DNA of 64,000 nt from Octopus sinensis (taxonomy: Eukaryota): assembly GCF_006345805.1 (NCBI RefSeq), contig NC_043000.1, positions 63,488,001-63,552,000 on the forward strand, in the 5' to 3' direction. A program made the position numbers and the translations under genes. A model generated the notes under the pieces. It made no database searches. It was given only the letters and a program-made list of their open reading frames with translations, and had not been told where the DNA came from. Shown here in pieces: positions 1-12,509 of the stretch (the stretch's first letter is position 1; each line of letters starts with the position of its first letter).

Positions 1-760
1 CAAAAAACTTCTCTCCACTTGATATTTAATATTTGCTTGAAGACAAACAGACAAGAACAAAATGGTGTCGAGAAGGTTGGCCTTAAAGTTGTAAAGTGGT
101 GTGATTATAATAGTGGTGTTTGTAGCGACAATTACGGTGATGATGTCGATGAGGAAGAAGGGGAGGAGAAAGAGGATGAAGACTAGGTGTAGTAGGAGGA
201 GGAAGTTTAGTAGCAAGAGATGGATTTGGACGGGGAAGAGTAGAGGAGGTGGAATAAGAGAAGGCGGAATAGGAAGTGGACTAGGAAGAGGTAGACTAGG
301 AGAGGTGGAGTAGAAGGAAGAGAAAATTTTTCTTGGCAATGGTGATGGCGGTGGTGCTGGTGAAAATATTTTCAGGTATGCTGTTATAAAAAAAGGATGT
401 AAATATTTCTAACTGCTCTCTAAGGAAACTCATAAAAAGAAACAATGCTTCTAGTCGCATTTAAATGGTTAAAATTGATCAAAAATGAATTTTCTCTTGA
501 ACAAGTTGCTATTGTATCACAGGTAACATTATTCGATTTGGCATACATTCTAACTGCTAGATAAAACGCGGCTTGTGGAATAAACTGTCCAGCAGTGACT
601 CGCCAAAACATTTTATCCACTCGGCCATTACAAGACTTTCTTTTACCTTAGGCTTAAGTTCTATAATAAAACTCCCTTTTACCCTACGCATAAGTTATCC
701 TCCTCCTACTCCTATTCTTACTCTTCCTCATCCTCCCCTTTCTCCTCCTCCTTCTTCTTA

Positions 761-821
<61 letters not shown>

Positions 822-960
822 GTTTTTTCCTTCTTTCTTCAAATTTTCTTCCGGTTCTCGCCGAGTGTTTTCCATACACCTAGGGCAGAGAAGCTCATTG
901 TATTATTATTATTTTTTTTTTTTTCTTCTTTCAAATTTGCTTCCATTTCTTGCCGAGTGT

Positions 961-1146
961 CTTCCCGACTCCTAGGGCAAATCTTCCCGACTCCTAGGGC
1001 AAATCTTCCCGACTCCTAGGGCAAATCTTCCCGACTCCTAGGGCAAATCTTCCCGACTCCTAGGGCAAAACTTCCCGACTCCTAGGGCAAATCTTCCCGA
1101 CTCCTAGGGCAAATCTTCCCGACTCCTAGGGCAAACCTTCCCGACT
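961..1146. repeat. 22-bp minisatellite (CTTCCCGACTCCTAGGGCAAAT) x ~8.5
   Basis: Eight full adjacent units starting at 961, 983, 1005, 1027, 1049, 1071, 1093 and 1115, plus a partial unit; no spacers. Confidence 0.95.
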
Positions 1147-1147
1147 C

Positions 1148-1175
<28 letters not shown>

Positions 1176-1178
<3 letters not shown>

Positions 1179-2210
1179 CCCGCCTTCGCTAAGGCGATTG
1201 TATTGTTTTCTGTCGGGTTTGTTTGTTTGTTTATTTGTTTGTCCGTGGACAAGATATCTCAAGAACCGCTAGATGGATTCGGATGAAACTTTCAAGGATG
1301 TTTGGCCTTGTAGCTGGCACGAACTGATTTGATTTTGGGATCGATTCGGTACCGGACAAGTATTCTGGATTATTTGCTATATTTACTTTACATGAAGTAA
1401 TACGATCTTACGTTGACTTTCAAGTCTTTCTCTGATTATCTCTCTTGAAAGCATACTCATGGTTTCCACGTAAGTTATGGCGGCGTTGCTGCTCCAAAGT
1501 TTTATTTTCGTTTCTCTGTTATTAATTTTACTAGCTTCTCAATCTTAATAGAAGCTGATGGATGAAGAAATCAAACTGCATCAACAAATGGCAGCAAGAC
1601 CGTTCAGAAACTAAATAACACTGACATCTTCAGTAACAATAGTAAATTTAATTTATCCTTTATAATTTTTAGTTTTACCGATTATGAATATATCGCTCTT
1701 GTTTAAAACCTCTTACCTACTTGACAATTGCATTTCTAGCCCTGCCTTGAAGGAAGATTTACTTTTTGGACTCACGTTTTTGTGCGCAACAATGTTGTTA
1801 AACTTCCGTTAACAGCACCGTATGCAGGTCCATTCCGTTTTCTTTCACGCACGGATACATTTTTCACTATAGCCCTTAATGGTCGTTAAGACACTATATC
1901 AGTGGATAGACTAAAAAAAGCCTTCATAGAGAAAACTGTCCCTGTTCCCACTGCAGACGGCACACACACAGCATTACAAACACCCACCTTCAAATTCCAT
2001 GACTACTATTGGGATCGATCAGGTACCGGACAAGGATTCTGGATTATTTTTCCAGTATTTTTAACTTAATTTTTGAGAGCGGTCGGGTTCATTTTTAGTA
2101 TTCTCGTTTGTGAGAGCAGTCGAGTTTATTTCAGATATTCTCATTTTAAAAATCCTCTCCGGCTAATCGTTAAGAGGACGTTGGTGTTGCCTTGGCGGAG
2201 GTTTGCGCTC
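1176..2210 (+). mobile_element. Helentron-associated (HINE/DINE-1-like) non-autonomous element, interrupted
   Basis: 5' CCCCCGCCTTCGCTAAGGCG, then (GTTT)n and GATGGATTCGGATGAAACTT; 3' CCTTGGCGGAGGTTTGCGCTC. These termini match the HINE pattern as I recall it; not searched. Confidence 0.55.
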
Positions 2211-2301
<91 letters not shown>

Positions 2302-2323
2302 TGTTGTTGTTGTTGTTGTTGTT

Positions 2324-2387
<64 letters not shown>
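2209..2387. repeat. compound (TTG)n/(TCG)n microsatellite
   Basis: Alternating pure TTG and TCG blocks; the source of the poly-L/S/V/C/R ORFs in the track. Confidence 0.97.
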
Positions 2388-2389
<2 letters not shown>

Positions 2390-3357
2390 GAAGTATTAAG
2401 TTAACTGTATTGGATATTTAAAACCAGGCACGATGTTTCATTGAATGCAGAAAGAAAATAAGAAAATAAGAAAAGGAGCTTTGCAAGATTTTAACCGTGA
2501 GGCATGCGACTACAAACTGTAAATATTTCATATAGCTCGACGCGTTACTTTAAGCCTACTATTTGGTTATTGTGGTAAACTAAGTCAATATGAATACTAG
2601 TGTAAAATCGATGGTTCATAATCTGAGGCCGGTACAACATTGTGTTCATTGCAAAAGCAGAAGTTAATGCTCAGTGATCTAATCTACTTGATCAACTACA
2701 TTTAGATCCGGTAATTAATATCAATGATGCTGCGAAGTGGACTCACAGTCTTTCACCACCTTGATCTGGGTTTAACTGTCATGCTTTACAAAAGAGGCGT
2801 TTTTAGTACAAACAAATAAAAGTTCTACGTCATTTTCGCGCTTTGTTCTGCACTGTTCCAGAAATACAAGGAAACAATAGGAATGCTCGAAGACATAAAT
2901 AAAGATGTGTAGCTGAGGTTAACTCAGTGACTCTCAAACCGACTAATACCAGCCCCTTTTCCCAACAAATACTTTGGCCTGTTTGTTTAGTTTTGTTTTC
3001 TTTTATAAGAAAACAAAACAGAGTTTGCATCCTTGTAAATCTTTACGTAGCCCCCTAGTTCCTCAGAATTATGATTATAGAAAGAATTTAATTTTATTAA
3101 ACACAGCAGTTTATCAGTTCCATTTTAAAATCGTTAATCCCTCATCCCCGCCAGGGAAATGACTGCACTATAATTCATTTTCAGAATCAAGTTCGTAATT
3201 AAACTGAATGTTTTGAAATATCAAAACAGGTCAGTTAGCTTAGGTTAGATTATTTTAGTTCGATCTTGTTTAGTTTAAAACTGAATCTACTTTTGTTTTG
3301 TTTCAGTTTCAATCTGTTCAGTGATGTGCTGAATGAAATCTATATTTCTACCATGCT

Positions 3358-3572
3358 AAGGCAGTGAGCTGGTTGACGTGTTTGAGCGTTGGAAAAAATG
3401 CTTTGCGTTATTTCTTTCGACTTATTCCATTCTGAGTTCAAATTCCGATAAGGTTGACTTTACCTTTCATCCTTTAGGGCTCGATAAAAAAATTTCCAGC
3501 CAAGTACTGGGGTCTATGTAATCGACTTCTCCCCTCCCCTCAAATTACCGGCCTTGTGCCAAAAATAGTAAG
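3358..3572 (+). mobile_element. tRNA-derived SINE, family A (degenerate)
   Basis: GGCAGTGAGCTGG...GAGTTCAAATTCC (B-box-like)...TTTCATCCTTT...GTACTGGGGTC.ATGTAATCGACT...GGCCTTGTGCCAAAA; similar copies recur more than 10 times in the window. Confidence 0.8.
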
Positions 3573-4401
3573 AATATGTCTACCGTGCTGTTACAGCAGC
3601 TCCGTAGCTAGGACATCACTCATAAAGAGGCTTGTTCTAAGTTCAGGTATGAGGCAGGCTCCGTCAAACACTAAACCACCCACCTGGTGTCAACTAAACA
3701 ACTTGATCCAGCTCATTAAGACTGGGTTTATAATAGCACTCATTGTACTGTAAGTGCTCAATTGTAACAGAATTATATATTGAAGATGAATATGCTATTT
3801 GCTGTTGGATTTCGTCTTCGGAGAACAACTTCTCCCTTTAAACTATATGTGTTGACAACAGATATGATTCAGTAACATCAGCGGACTCTAAAACATCAGT
3901 GTTTTGACATGATTGTGCCTCTACAGTCAAGGACACCGTCCAGAACTTTGAATCTAAAGAAGAAGGGCTTTTCTATTTTATTAAATTCAGCAAATTATTG
4001 CTGATGAGTGCTAATATCTGCCGAGCTGTACTTGTGTTTTATGTAATGAACCACTGTCTTTTTACGTTGAGGTAAGCTGAGTTTCACAGACGGTAAAACC
4101 GGAAAAATTGTTAGCTAATGTCAAGCCCAACTACAATCACTGGTATTACTGTTGCTGTTCTTGTTATTGTTGTTCAGACCCAGGTTAAGATCATACGTGC
4201 TTTCATATAGCACAAGCCAAGGCACATGGACTTGTCCGTGTGCTGAAATTTGGTTCTTTATTAGGTAGAGGGAAAAGTGAACTAGTGGCTGCTTCTCTTT
4301 TGACCTACCTAATGAAGCCTGCCACTGAATCTTAAAGCTGGCATGCATCCGTCCTCTTGTACAAGGTCTGTATTGCCAAATGGAGGTCAGCAGAAATTTA
4401 T

Positions 4402-4452
<51 letters not shown>

Positions 4453-5196
4453 CACACGTACACGCACACACGCATATATATATATATATATATATATAGG
4501 AGATGAAAGGAGAGAGAGGATCGAGGTGCTTAACATACGGCTCGCGACTCAATTTTATAAAAATACATATTTTTAATTTTAAAATATTTCATAGAATATA
4601 TAGCGCTAGCATGCGTTTAGAGTCTGAGACCAATAAAAGTTGTGATTAACACAAGTTCTCATTAGTCAAAGCAGTGTACCTTAAGGAATCTCCTGTTAAC
4701 TCAGCCAACGGGAAGGAAGCATACACATCCATGTAGCAAAATATTTGATCCATTTCCCTCTCGTTTTAACCACACCGAGGTAAACGGATGTTTTTTTTTT
4801 TCAATTTCACTCATGGGTTTATCCCTGTCTCATGATACGAACATTATTGGAATGCTTTGCAGCTGAACAGGCACAGGTTGCTGAAAGCTTTTATAGCAGA
4901 GTAAGTCAAATTTTATTAATAAATCCGATATGGATATTAGTAATTCTGAGGAATTATCTATCGCTTCCAAAGGAAAAGTAGGAGACCCGGCTATTATAAC
5001 TCGCAGTCAGTGGAGGGAAACGTATTACTAATAAATGTAAATAAAACCTTGTCAATGTTAGAGTATGGTATTCGCAAAAAGTAATTCTAGATTTTCAAAT
5101 TATTGCATTTAGATTCTTTTATATCTATCTAACCAAAGCAAATTTCTGTTAGAAGTAGAACAGTGCGCCCCTCTCCCACTACTGATATAAAATAAA

Positions 5197-5810
5197 GAGA
5201 ATGGTTTTATATTTTTTGTCCAATTGGAAGATAAGCTGTCCTGATTAATTTGCAGTAAACAAATTTCTGTTGTCAAAGATTATAAAATCCTATGACATTA
5301 TAACACTCATGAAAATAAATTTAAAGATTATAATAACAAGATTTGCGAAGAAAAAATTGCTAAACTATGCAGTCAGCTTTTAAAAGCCTCTGTAAAAAAG
5401 GATAATGTTGTAGTTAAAGCTAGTTGCGAAAGTGGAAATGAAAGAGCTAGTTGCGTAATTGGAAATGAAATAGCTATTTTGTCAAAGACCTTTTCAGAAG
5501 GTGAATTTATTTATTTATTTTATTAAAAACGCGTGATTTAGGCTTCAGTGTTTGTTCTGAGAAAAATAGCAATTATTTTCAGATACAACATTGTTAAGGA
5601 ACATTGATATAGAGCATGTTATGGATATCTCTGAAAACTTAAACTTCATTCTTTTTTCTTCTTTTTTTTCGTATTTTCTATTGCTATTATTGAAATCACC
5701 AACATTTCTATTACTATTTTTTGAGGTTTTGATGGAGATGTGAATCAAAAGAATCTGTGGAATTTGTCCCACTGAAAGATTAAATAACAGGGTAATATAT
5801 TTTTCAGTCT
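5197..5810 (+). pseudogene. hAT (SPIN/Charlie, GTF2IRD2-like) transposase, N-terminal half, decayed
   Basis: Translates with stops and frameshifts to FFVQLEDKLS*LICSKQISVVKDYKIL*HYNTH, ASCVIGNEIAILSKTFSEGEFI, FSDTTLLRNIDIEHVMDISENL, FSIAIIEITNIS and VEFVPLKD*ITG*YIF, in the order expected for this family. Confidence 0.8.
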
Positions 5811-5840
5811 TAGGCTATCTCTGTAGATAAATCTAGCATT

Positions 5841-6368
5841 AACTAGACCGTGAGTTCGGGCACAGACGGGACTTCGTAAACAGTAGACAGGGATTTAGGT
5901 TGTGTGTCCAGATTAAAATCAACATTGTAGGTTACAAATAGATTACCATTTCTACAGTGTCCATCACACAATATATCGCGAAGTGTTATGCAAATTTCTA
6001 AAAACGAACCATGTTATTGAAATCGTGGTAAAAACTGTTGTACGCGCGAGTAATTAAATCCCTGACAATATATTTTCTTAAAAGACATATACTGAAGGCG
6101 GGAAGCGGATCTAGTTTGTTTTTTTTTTTTCATTCGCAAAATATGTATTTTTTAAAAGACAGTAAAAAATCTGAAAATCGACTATAATAATAAAGATTCC
6201 CAGTCCAATTGCTATGAAGGTATGATGTTGTGGAGGAAAAAAATTGGAGGAAAAGTGTTACAGAGGTTTAAAAATCGAAAAAACTGTGTATTTATAGCAG
6301 ATAGCGAGACAAATTTTCTGCATTTTCTGCATTTCTTCATTTAAGGTTGTATTCTGTGAAATTTATAG
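5841..6368 (+). mobile_element. possible HINE/Helitron-like non-autonomous element
   Basis: Starts AACTAGACCGTGAGTTCGGGCACAGACGGGACTTCGT and ends in an AT-rich ...TTTATAG, similar to HINE termini; weak. Confidence 0.35.
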
Positions 6369-6370
6369 TT

Positions 6371-9300
6371 TAGCCTTCTGAGCAATGACCTCAGGTCGAG
6401 GATAAGGTCCCATACTAAACTCGATCAAACACCAACATCAAGACCCCAACGGCGGAACAAGCGGAGCAGGGCTATCTCAAGCCCCCAAGGATTGACCCGG
6501 TGGAAGAGGGCAACGTCTGGCGGGCAAGCATGACAATGGCGAATAGACTCCGGCAGCTTGCTGCAACCAGCCCCATCAAGACTGCACGTCTCAATCCTTC
6601 AGCCGCAATGGAGAAGTTCCTGGCCATATGCGTGCGTATAGCCGTCGCGCAGCCACGATCACCTCAAACAATTTACTCGGCGAATGGCTTCGTCTTTCTA
6701 ATCTGTCTCAAAAAGCCCAATGTCGATGGTGTCGTGGGTACCGCAGGCAGGTCTGAAAAGCTGGAAGCCTCTACTCCGTGACCACACATTGGCGGCAAAT
6801 TTCAGATGGTCGCTCTCCAATGAATATGACATTGGAGTTTGGCAGCTAGACTCGTGACTGGGCTGGCCTCTTTAGGATTACCGCAGCCCACCCCTCAAGG
6901 GGAAGCCCCTAGAAAAAGTGGGGGTAAATATTGAACACGGCAACTCGATCTGGCCAGTCTACCGCGGCTGGCGGACTTCCCACTTAGCGGTCGAAACTCT
7001 ACTAAATCCTCTGTTTCACAACCTCTCACCTTCGAGGCCTGGAACATCCGCACTCTCCAGGACAAGAGTGACATTAATTGACCAGAGTGACGTCCAGCCC
7101 TCGTCTGCAAGGAACTTGTCTGCTCCAACATCGACGTGGCAGCCTTGAGCGAGACTAGGCTTCCTGGAGAAGGCAGCATCAGAGAAGTTGACTCCAAATA
7201 CACCATCTTTTGGAAGGGGCAGAATTCTAATGAACCACGCATCCATGGGGTTGGCCTTGCTATCAAATCGTCCCAACTGCCGTCAGTGAGCGCCTGATGA
7301 CTGTTCGGATCCCACTCATTCGAGACAGATTCCTTACGCTAATCTCTGTGTATGCCCTTACCTTCACATCTGAAGACGACATCAAGGCTTCGTTCTACAA
7401 CCTGCTGGACCGCACGATCCAGACAGTCCCCGCGCATGATAAACTCGTCGTGTTGGGGGACTTTAACGGCAGTGACTATTGTCTGTGGAATGGTATTCTT
7501 GGTCATCACGGTATTGGGAAACGCAATGCCAATGGCCAGCTCCCCTGGGCCTTTGGGCCGAGCACGAACTCGTCATCACCAACTCCCTATTTCGTTTCCC
7601 TACCCGACAAAAAGTGACCCGGAAACACCCACAGTCTAAATACTGGCACATCCTCGACTACGTTCTGACACGGTCCAGAGACAGGCGAGATGTACGCATC
7701 ACACGCTCCATGCCTGGCGCAGATGACTGCTGACGGATCACCGTCTTCTTATTTCTCGCCTTGACATCAAGATCCGCTGCCCACCAAAGCGGGTCTCAGC
7801 ATGCATCCCTTGCCGACGCTTCGACTGCGCCAATCGCCGGAACTCACTGGCATCCCAAGACTTCAAGGAATCCATTGAGACACCTGATGGACCACCCAGA
7901 GCCAACCTCCATTGAGGATCGCTGGACCAGCCTTCGTGAAGCTATGACCGCTGCCGCCGAAGAAGCGATCGGCTTTGCCCGAAAGAAGGACCAAGACTGG
8001 TTTGATGAGAATGGTGAAGCCATCTCCCATCTTATCGAAGATAAACTCCAGGTGCGCCTAGCCCTCGAGAACCATGCCACTGCGGAAAACAAACGAAAGC
8101 ATTAGCATGCATCAGCGGAATACCAGTGAGAAATTCGAGAAGCTCAGAACATTTGATGGCAGAGGAAAGCAAAGAAGATGCAAAACTATGCAGGTTAATT
8201 AGACTTCCGCAGCTTTTATGCCGCAACCAAGGAGATCTTCGGCCCCACACGGTCATCAGTGGGTGGCCTAAAGAACGCAGATGACTCTACGATAACCGAC
8301 AGGGAATCCTCGATCGATGGAAGTTCCATTTCGAGTGCCTACTTAACGACCAGTTACGCACTCCTGACGATATCATCCAAAATACCCCACAGACCCCCCC
8401 CCATCCGCCACTGGATGTCCCTGCCGCCCTCACGCCATAAGCTAAATAAGGCACTTGCACGCATGAAGCCGGGGAAAGTTCCAGGACCAGACAACACCCC
8501 GTTTGGGTTTTTCACGCACGGAGGTCCTGAACTGAGAACTCATCTGATGCTCCTTATCCTCAAGATCTGGGAAAGCAAGACCTCCTCATCCTCGCGGAAG
8601 ACGTTCTCCCTCTCGAGGCACAATCGACATGATCTTTTGTACCCGTCAACTCCAGAAGTGTCAGGAACAATAACAGCTTGCAATGTTCATCTTCTGGGAT
8701 CTAAAGAAAGCCTTTGACAAGATCCCCCGTCTTACAATGTGGGCCATCCTTGCCCGGTTTAGAGGTCTGGAAGATTTCATTGCCCTGGTCCGCTCTTTTC
8801 ACGGCAGATGGTGGGTAGGGTATGCCATCAAAATGCCCTCACAGATCCGTTTCTCTTCGCTGGGGGTGTTAAGCAAGGATGCATCCTGGCACCAACCTGC
8901 TTTTCTTTGTACATAGCCGCGATGTTCAACGAAATCGCACTAGGCTCGCCTTCCATCAACATGCGCTATCGCTTCGATTGCGGACTCTTCAATCTCGTAC
9001 GTCTCCGTGCAAAGACGAGGACCTCCGCCATCTCAGCCCGTGAGATGCAGTATGCTGACGACAATGCCACTCCGAGCCGGACCTAAGATGGCCTACAAAG
9101 GACGGCCGATCTTTACGACACGGATTATGAACGCTTCGGGACGCAAGTAAACACATTAAAGACCAAGACACTGATCCAACCTGCACCAGGCCAGAACAGT
9201 CCACCCACAAATTTTAGCATCAACGGCCAACCTTTAGAAGAAGTTGAACACTTCACCTACCTTGGAAGTATCCTTTTGAAGACCCCACCCATGTGAAAAG

Positions 9301-10066
9301 GACGTGGAGAACAGGATTGGGGGCGGCCCACTCCTCCTTCGGCAGACTCAGCCAACATGTATTCTTCAATCACGTGCTGACCAACCGGACAAAGATCATG
9401 ATCTTCCGTGTTATTATCCTGTCAACTCTGTTCTACCCTTGTGAGACTTGGACGTTGTACTGCCATGAATTCAAGTGCCTTGAATGCTTCCAGCAATCGA
9501 AGTTACGACGGTTCCTCAACATACAATGGGAAGATCACGTTACAAACAACGAGGTTCTTCGCCGCGCCTCACTACCAAGTGTCGAAGCCACCATTCTTCG
9601 CCATCGTCTCCGCTGGGCAAGTCACATCCAGCGTATGGAGCCATTTCGTCTCCTAAGGATCATGCTCTACGGAGAACTTGCAATCGGAACAACACCCAGA
9701 AGAGGTCCGAAATTCCGTTTTAAAGACCAGGTCAAACGGACCCTGGCTCAAGCTAACATCCAGTCATCCTCATGGAAACAGATTGCCATGGATAGGATAG
9801 CCTAGAGGACTGCTATCCGCAATGGAGCCAGCTCCTTCGAGTAGAACGAACAACAGAATGAGGAAGCAAAACGCAGAAGAAAGGAGCGTCTTCAACAACC
9901 TCGACTTGCACTGACCATCCCCTGCGAGTTCTGCCCACGATTCCTTCACCACCGACTTGGACTTCAAAGTCACTTTCGGCACAAACATCAGCCAAGGAGA
10001 CTGGACGGAAACTGACGAACCCAATGCTCGGATACGAGCTGTATAAACATCGCAAACAACTCTTGC
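6371..10066 (+). mobile_element. RTE-clade LINE, near full length, inactivated
   Basis: GC-rich block in an AT-rich background containing an APE endonuclease, RT and C-terminal zinc finger (next feature); 5' boundary approximate. Confidence 0.9.
7025..9993 (+). pseudogene. RTE APE-endonuclease/reverse transcriptase ORF with many stops and frameshifts
   Basis: LTFEAWNIRTL...NIDVAALSETRLPGEG...HGVGLAIKS; LVVLGDFN; WHILDYVLTR; GVKQGCILAPTCFSLY; MQYADD; LRWASHIQRM; CEFCPRFLHHRLGLQSHFRHKH (C2H2). Confidence 0.93.
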
Positions 10067-10068
10067 TA

Positions 10069-11098
10069 CGAGGGACGTTTAATAAGTAATGCCTCTGACC
10101 CACTTGCAATTGTGTGATCTAGCTGAAATTTTGCATGTGCAATTATTTATATCTCTATAGATTAAGTGACAAATTACAGCTCTGAGCTAATTGTGGTTTC
10201 TGATTTACAGGTGTTTGAACCGAGTCAAGTGTGAAATGGAGCCTGTTGAGTGTCGAGCAGTGATCCGGTTTTTGTATTTGAAAGGACGCACACCACGGGA
10301 GACTTTTGATGAAATGAAAGTAACTTATGGTGATCATGCCCCATCATATGACCTTGTAAAACGCTGGCATCGTGAATTCAAACATGGTCGGAACTCTGTG
10401 GAAACAGCTCCCAGATCTGGTCACCCCCTTCTGCCATTGATGAGGCATCTGTCCGTCAAGTTGAGGCTGATTCAGAGACCAAAGCCCAGTCAATGCAGTG
10501 GAAGCACCGTGACTCACCTCCTCCAAAGAAGGCAAGGGTGTAGCCCTCCGCTGGCAAGGTCATGCTCACAGACTTCTGGGACCAGGACGGAGTAGTGATG
10601 ACAGATTTCCTGCAAAGGGTACCACAATTGCAGGAGCCTATTATGCTTCACTTTTGAGGAAATTAAGAGAAGCTATCAAAATCAAGAGGTGGGGCAAGAT
10701 CAGCAAAGGCATCCTCCTCCTGCAGGACAACGCTCCGGTCCACAACTCGCGTGTCGCCAGATCAGAAGCACAGGCGTGCTGCTATGAACTCCTCCTCCAT
10801 CTCCCCTACGCTCCTGACCTTGCACCCTCTGATTTTCACCTCTTCCCAGCCATGAAGTTGTTTTTTAAAGGAAAGCATTTCACAGATGATGCAGCCTTGA
10901 TTTCTAAAGTCACGTCGGGGTTGGAGGACCAAGCTGGGGTCTTCTACAAAAACGGTCTCCAGCGCTGCATCAAACGATGGGAGAAATGCGTAACTCTGGG
11001 TAGTTTTTATGTAGAAAAAGACTAATAACTGTGCCAAGTTTCATTGCTCTACTGCTATGGGAAGTGGGTCAGGGGCATTACTTATTGAACGCCCCTCG
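10069..11098 (+). mobile_element. mariner (D,D34D) transposon with internal deletion
   Basis: ~40-bp TIRs CGAGGG(A/G)CGTT(T/C)AATAAGTAATGCC(T/C)CTGACCCACTT with TA on both sides (10067-68, 11099-100). Transposase MEPVECRAVIRFLYLKG (ATG 10236)...QDNAPVH...YAPDLAPSDFHLF...EKD* (11025). The WVPHxL/first-D region is missing and the element is only 1030 bp. Confidence 0.95.
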
Positions 11099-11262
11099 TA
11101 TATATGAAAAATATGTAAAATATTAAGACAATTGATGAAAAATATCTATAATAAAATTTTAATTGATAAATATAAATTTTTATTAAAACAAAATACGCAG
11201 GTGAAGTAAATCTCGTGGTGTGAAGAATCGACACAACATACGGGAACACAACACAATGTGCG

Positions 11263-11276
11263 GTTGTCATGGTAAC
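11263..11276. promoter_or_regulatory. RFX X-box-like motif GTTGTCATGGTAAC
   Basis: Close match to the RFX consensus GTTGCCATGGCAAC, in non-repeat sequence; no associated gene seen. Confidence 0.4.
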
Positions 11277-11486
11277 AAGCTGTTAATGCCTCGCTGTCTG
11301 TTAGTTGGCTAAAATTACCCAAATTTCCCACCTTTAATTCCAAATAACATCAGGTTCTTTAATTTACGAGATAAAGTAACTGGTTGATCGTAATCAAAAT
11401 TCAGAGTTGCATCGATACACCAAAACCGAAAGTAATCTGAGCAAAATTAAAGGGGCTCATTTTGCGAATGAAAAACACTAGATCCC

Positions 11487-11676
11487 GGGGAGCTGGCCGT
11501 GCAAAACACTTAGCGGCATTTCGTCCATCTTTAAGTTCTGAATTTAAATTTCGCTGAGATTGACCTCGCCTTTCATCCTTTCGGAGTCGATAAAATAAGT
11601 ACCAGTTGAGCACTGAGGTCGATGTAATCGACTTATCCCCTTCCCCGAAGTCGCTGGCCTTGTGTTATTTGAAACC
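11487..11676 (+). mobile_element. tRNA-derived SINE, family A
   Basis: GAGCTGG...CTTAGCGGCATTTCGTCC...TTTCATCCTTTCGGAGTCGATAAAATAAGTACCAGTTGAGCACTG...GGCCTTGTG. Confidence 0.85.
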
Positions 11677-11779
11677 GATATTCTACAAAGACAGCCTCAT
11701 CACAACAATATTCTCGGACTGAGGATAACACTTCTATGAATTGTTTGATGAAATGTTTTTACCTTTTCTTTTCTTTTTT

Positions 11780-12290
11780 TTTAGAAGCTAAAGAAAAGAA
11801 TGTGTAGGAATTTAAAGATACTGACAAGATTCAGGCTTTATTTTTTATGGTTGACATTATTGATCAACTGAATAAACAGAAACCCAAAATACAAGAAAAC
11901 ACCAAGATGGTGATTGAACAGTCTTCATACATGGAATTCTGGGTCTAGCGGATATTGAATTTATTGAATTTATTTCACTTTGTAACTTTGAAATCACTCG
12001 AATCTTCTAATTATAAAAGAAAATTCAGATCCAAGAAGAGACCTTGAAAAAGGATTCTTAGATTTATATGAAACGAAGCCAAAAATTTTCATTTTTTTCT
12101 TGACATGGTCATAGTTCCTATAGAAGTGAAATACATGAAGTGTGATTTAGTTCTTGAGGATAAGTTTTCGATGTAGACATAGAAGCATGTTTTCAGTTTT
12201 GGGGAGATACTATCCTGAAGTTCGACTATTTGCTGCCAGAAAATATCTATAGTTGGAAGTTTATGTTAGCGAATAGTTATTGTTTCGAAT
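11780..12290 (+). pseudogene. hAT (SPIN/GTF2IRD2-like) transposase, C-terminal part, decayed
   Basis: EAKEKNV*EFKDTDKIQALFFMVDIIDQLNKQKPKIQENTK resembles LAFLVDITxHLNxLNxKLQG; YPEVRLFAARK resembles the dimerisation-domain region. Confidence 0.6.
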
Positions 12291-12443
12291 AATCTTCCGT
12301 CACTCCTTCAACGGATTGGATGCTTTACTCACATACAAAAATATAAGTCTGTTTAAATCGAGAATATAAATGCATAAGCATTTATATTTCTCGAGAAATA
12401 TGTAAATAAGTCTTTCAACGCTGCATCTCGAAGCGAATGCAGC

Positions 12444-12507
<64 letters not shown>

Positions 12508-12509
<2 letters not shown>

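Noticed and set aside
420-620. 66-aa minus-strand ORF (MDKMFWRVTAGQFIPQAAFYLAVRMY...) as a host exon
   Set aside because: No recognisable family and no convincing splice sites; the length is within chance expectation.
961-1146. CRISPR-like array
   Set aside because: The units are adjacent with no unique spacers; eukaryotic context and no cas genes.
6371-6470. HDV-like ribozyme at the RTE 5' end
   Set aside because: RTE elements can carry one, but I could not build the nested double pseudoknot with acceptable spacing.
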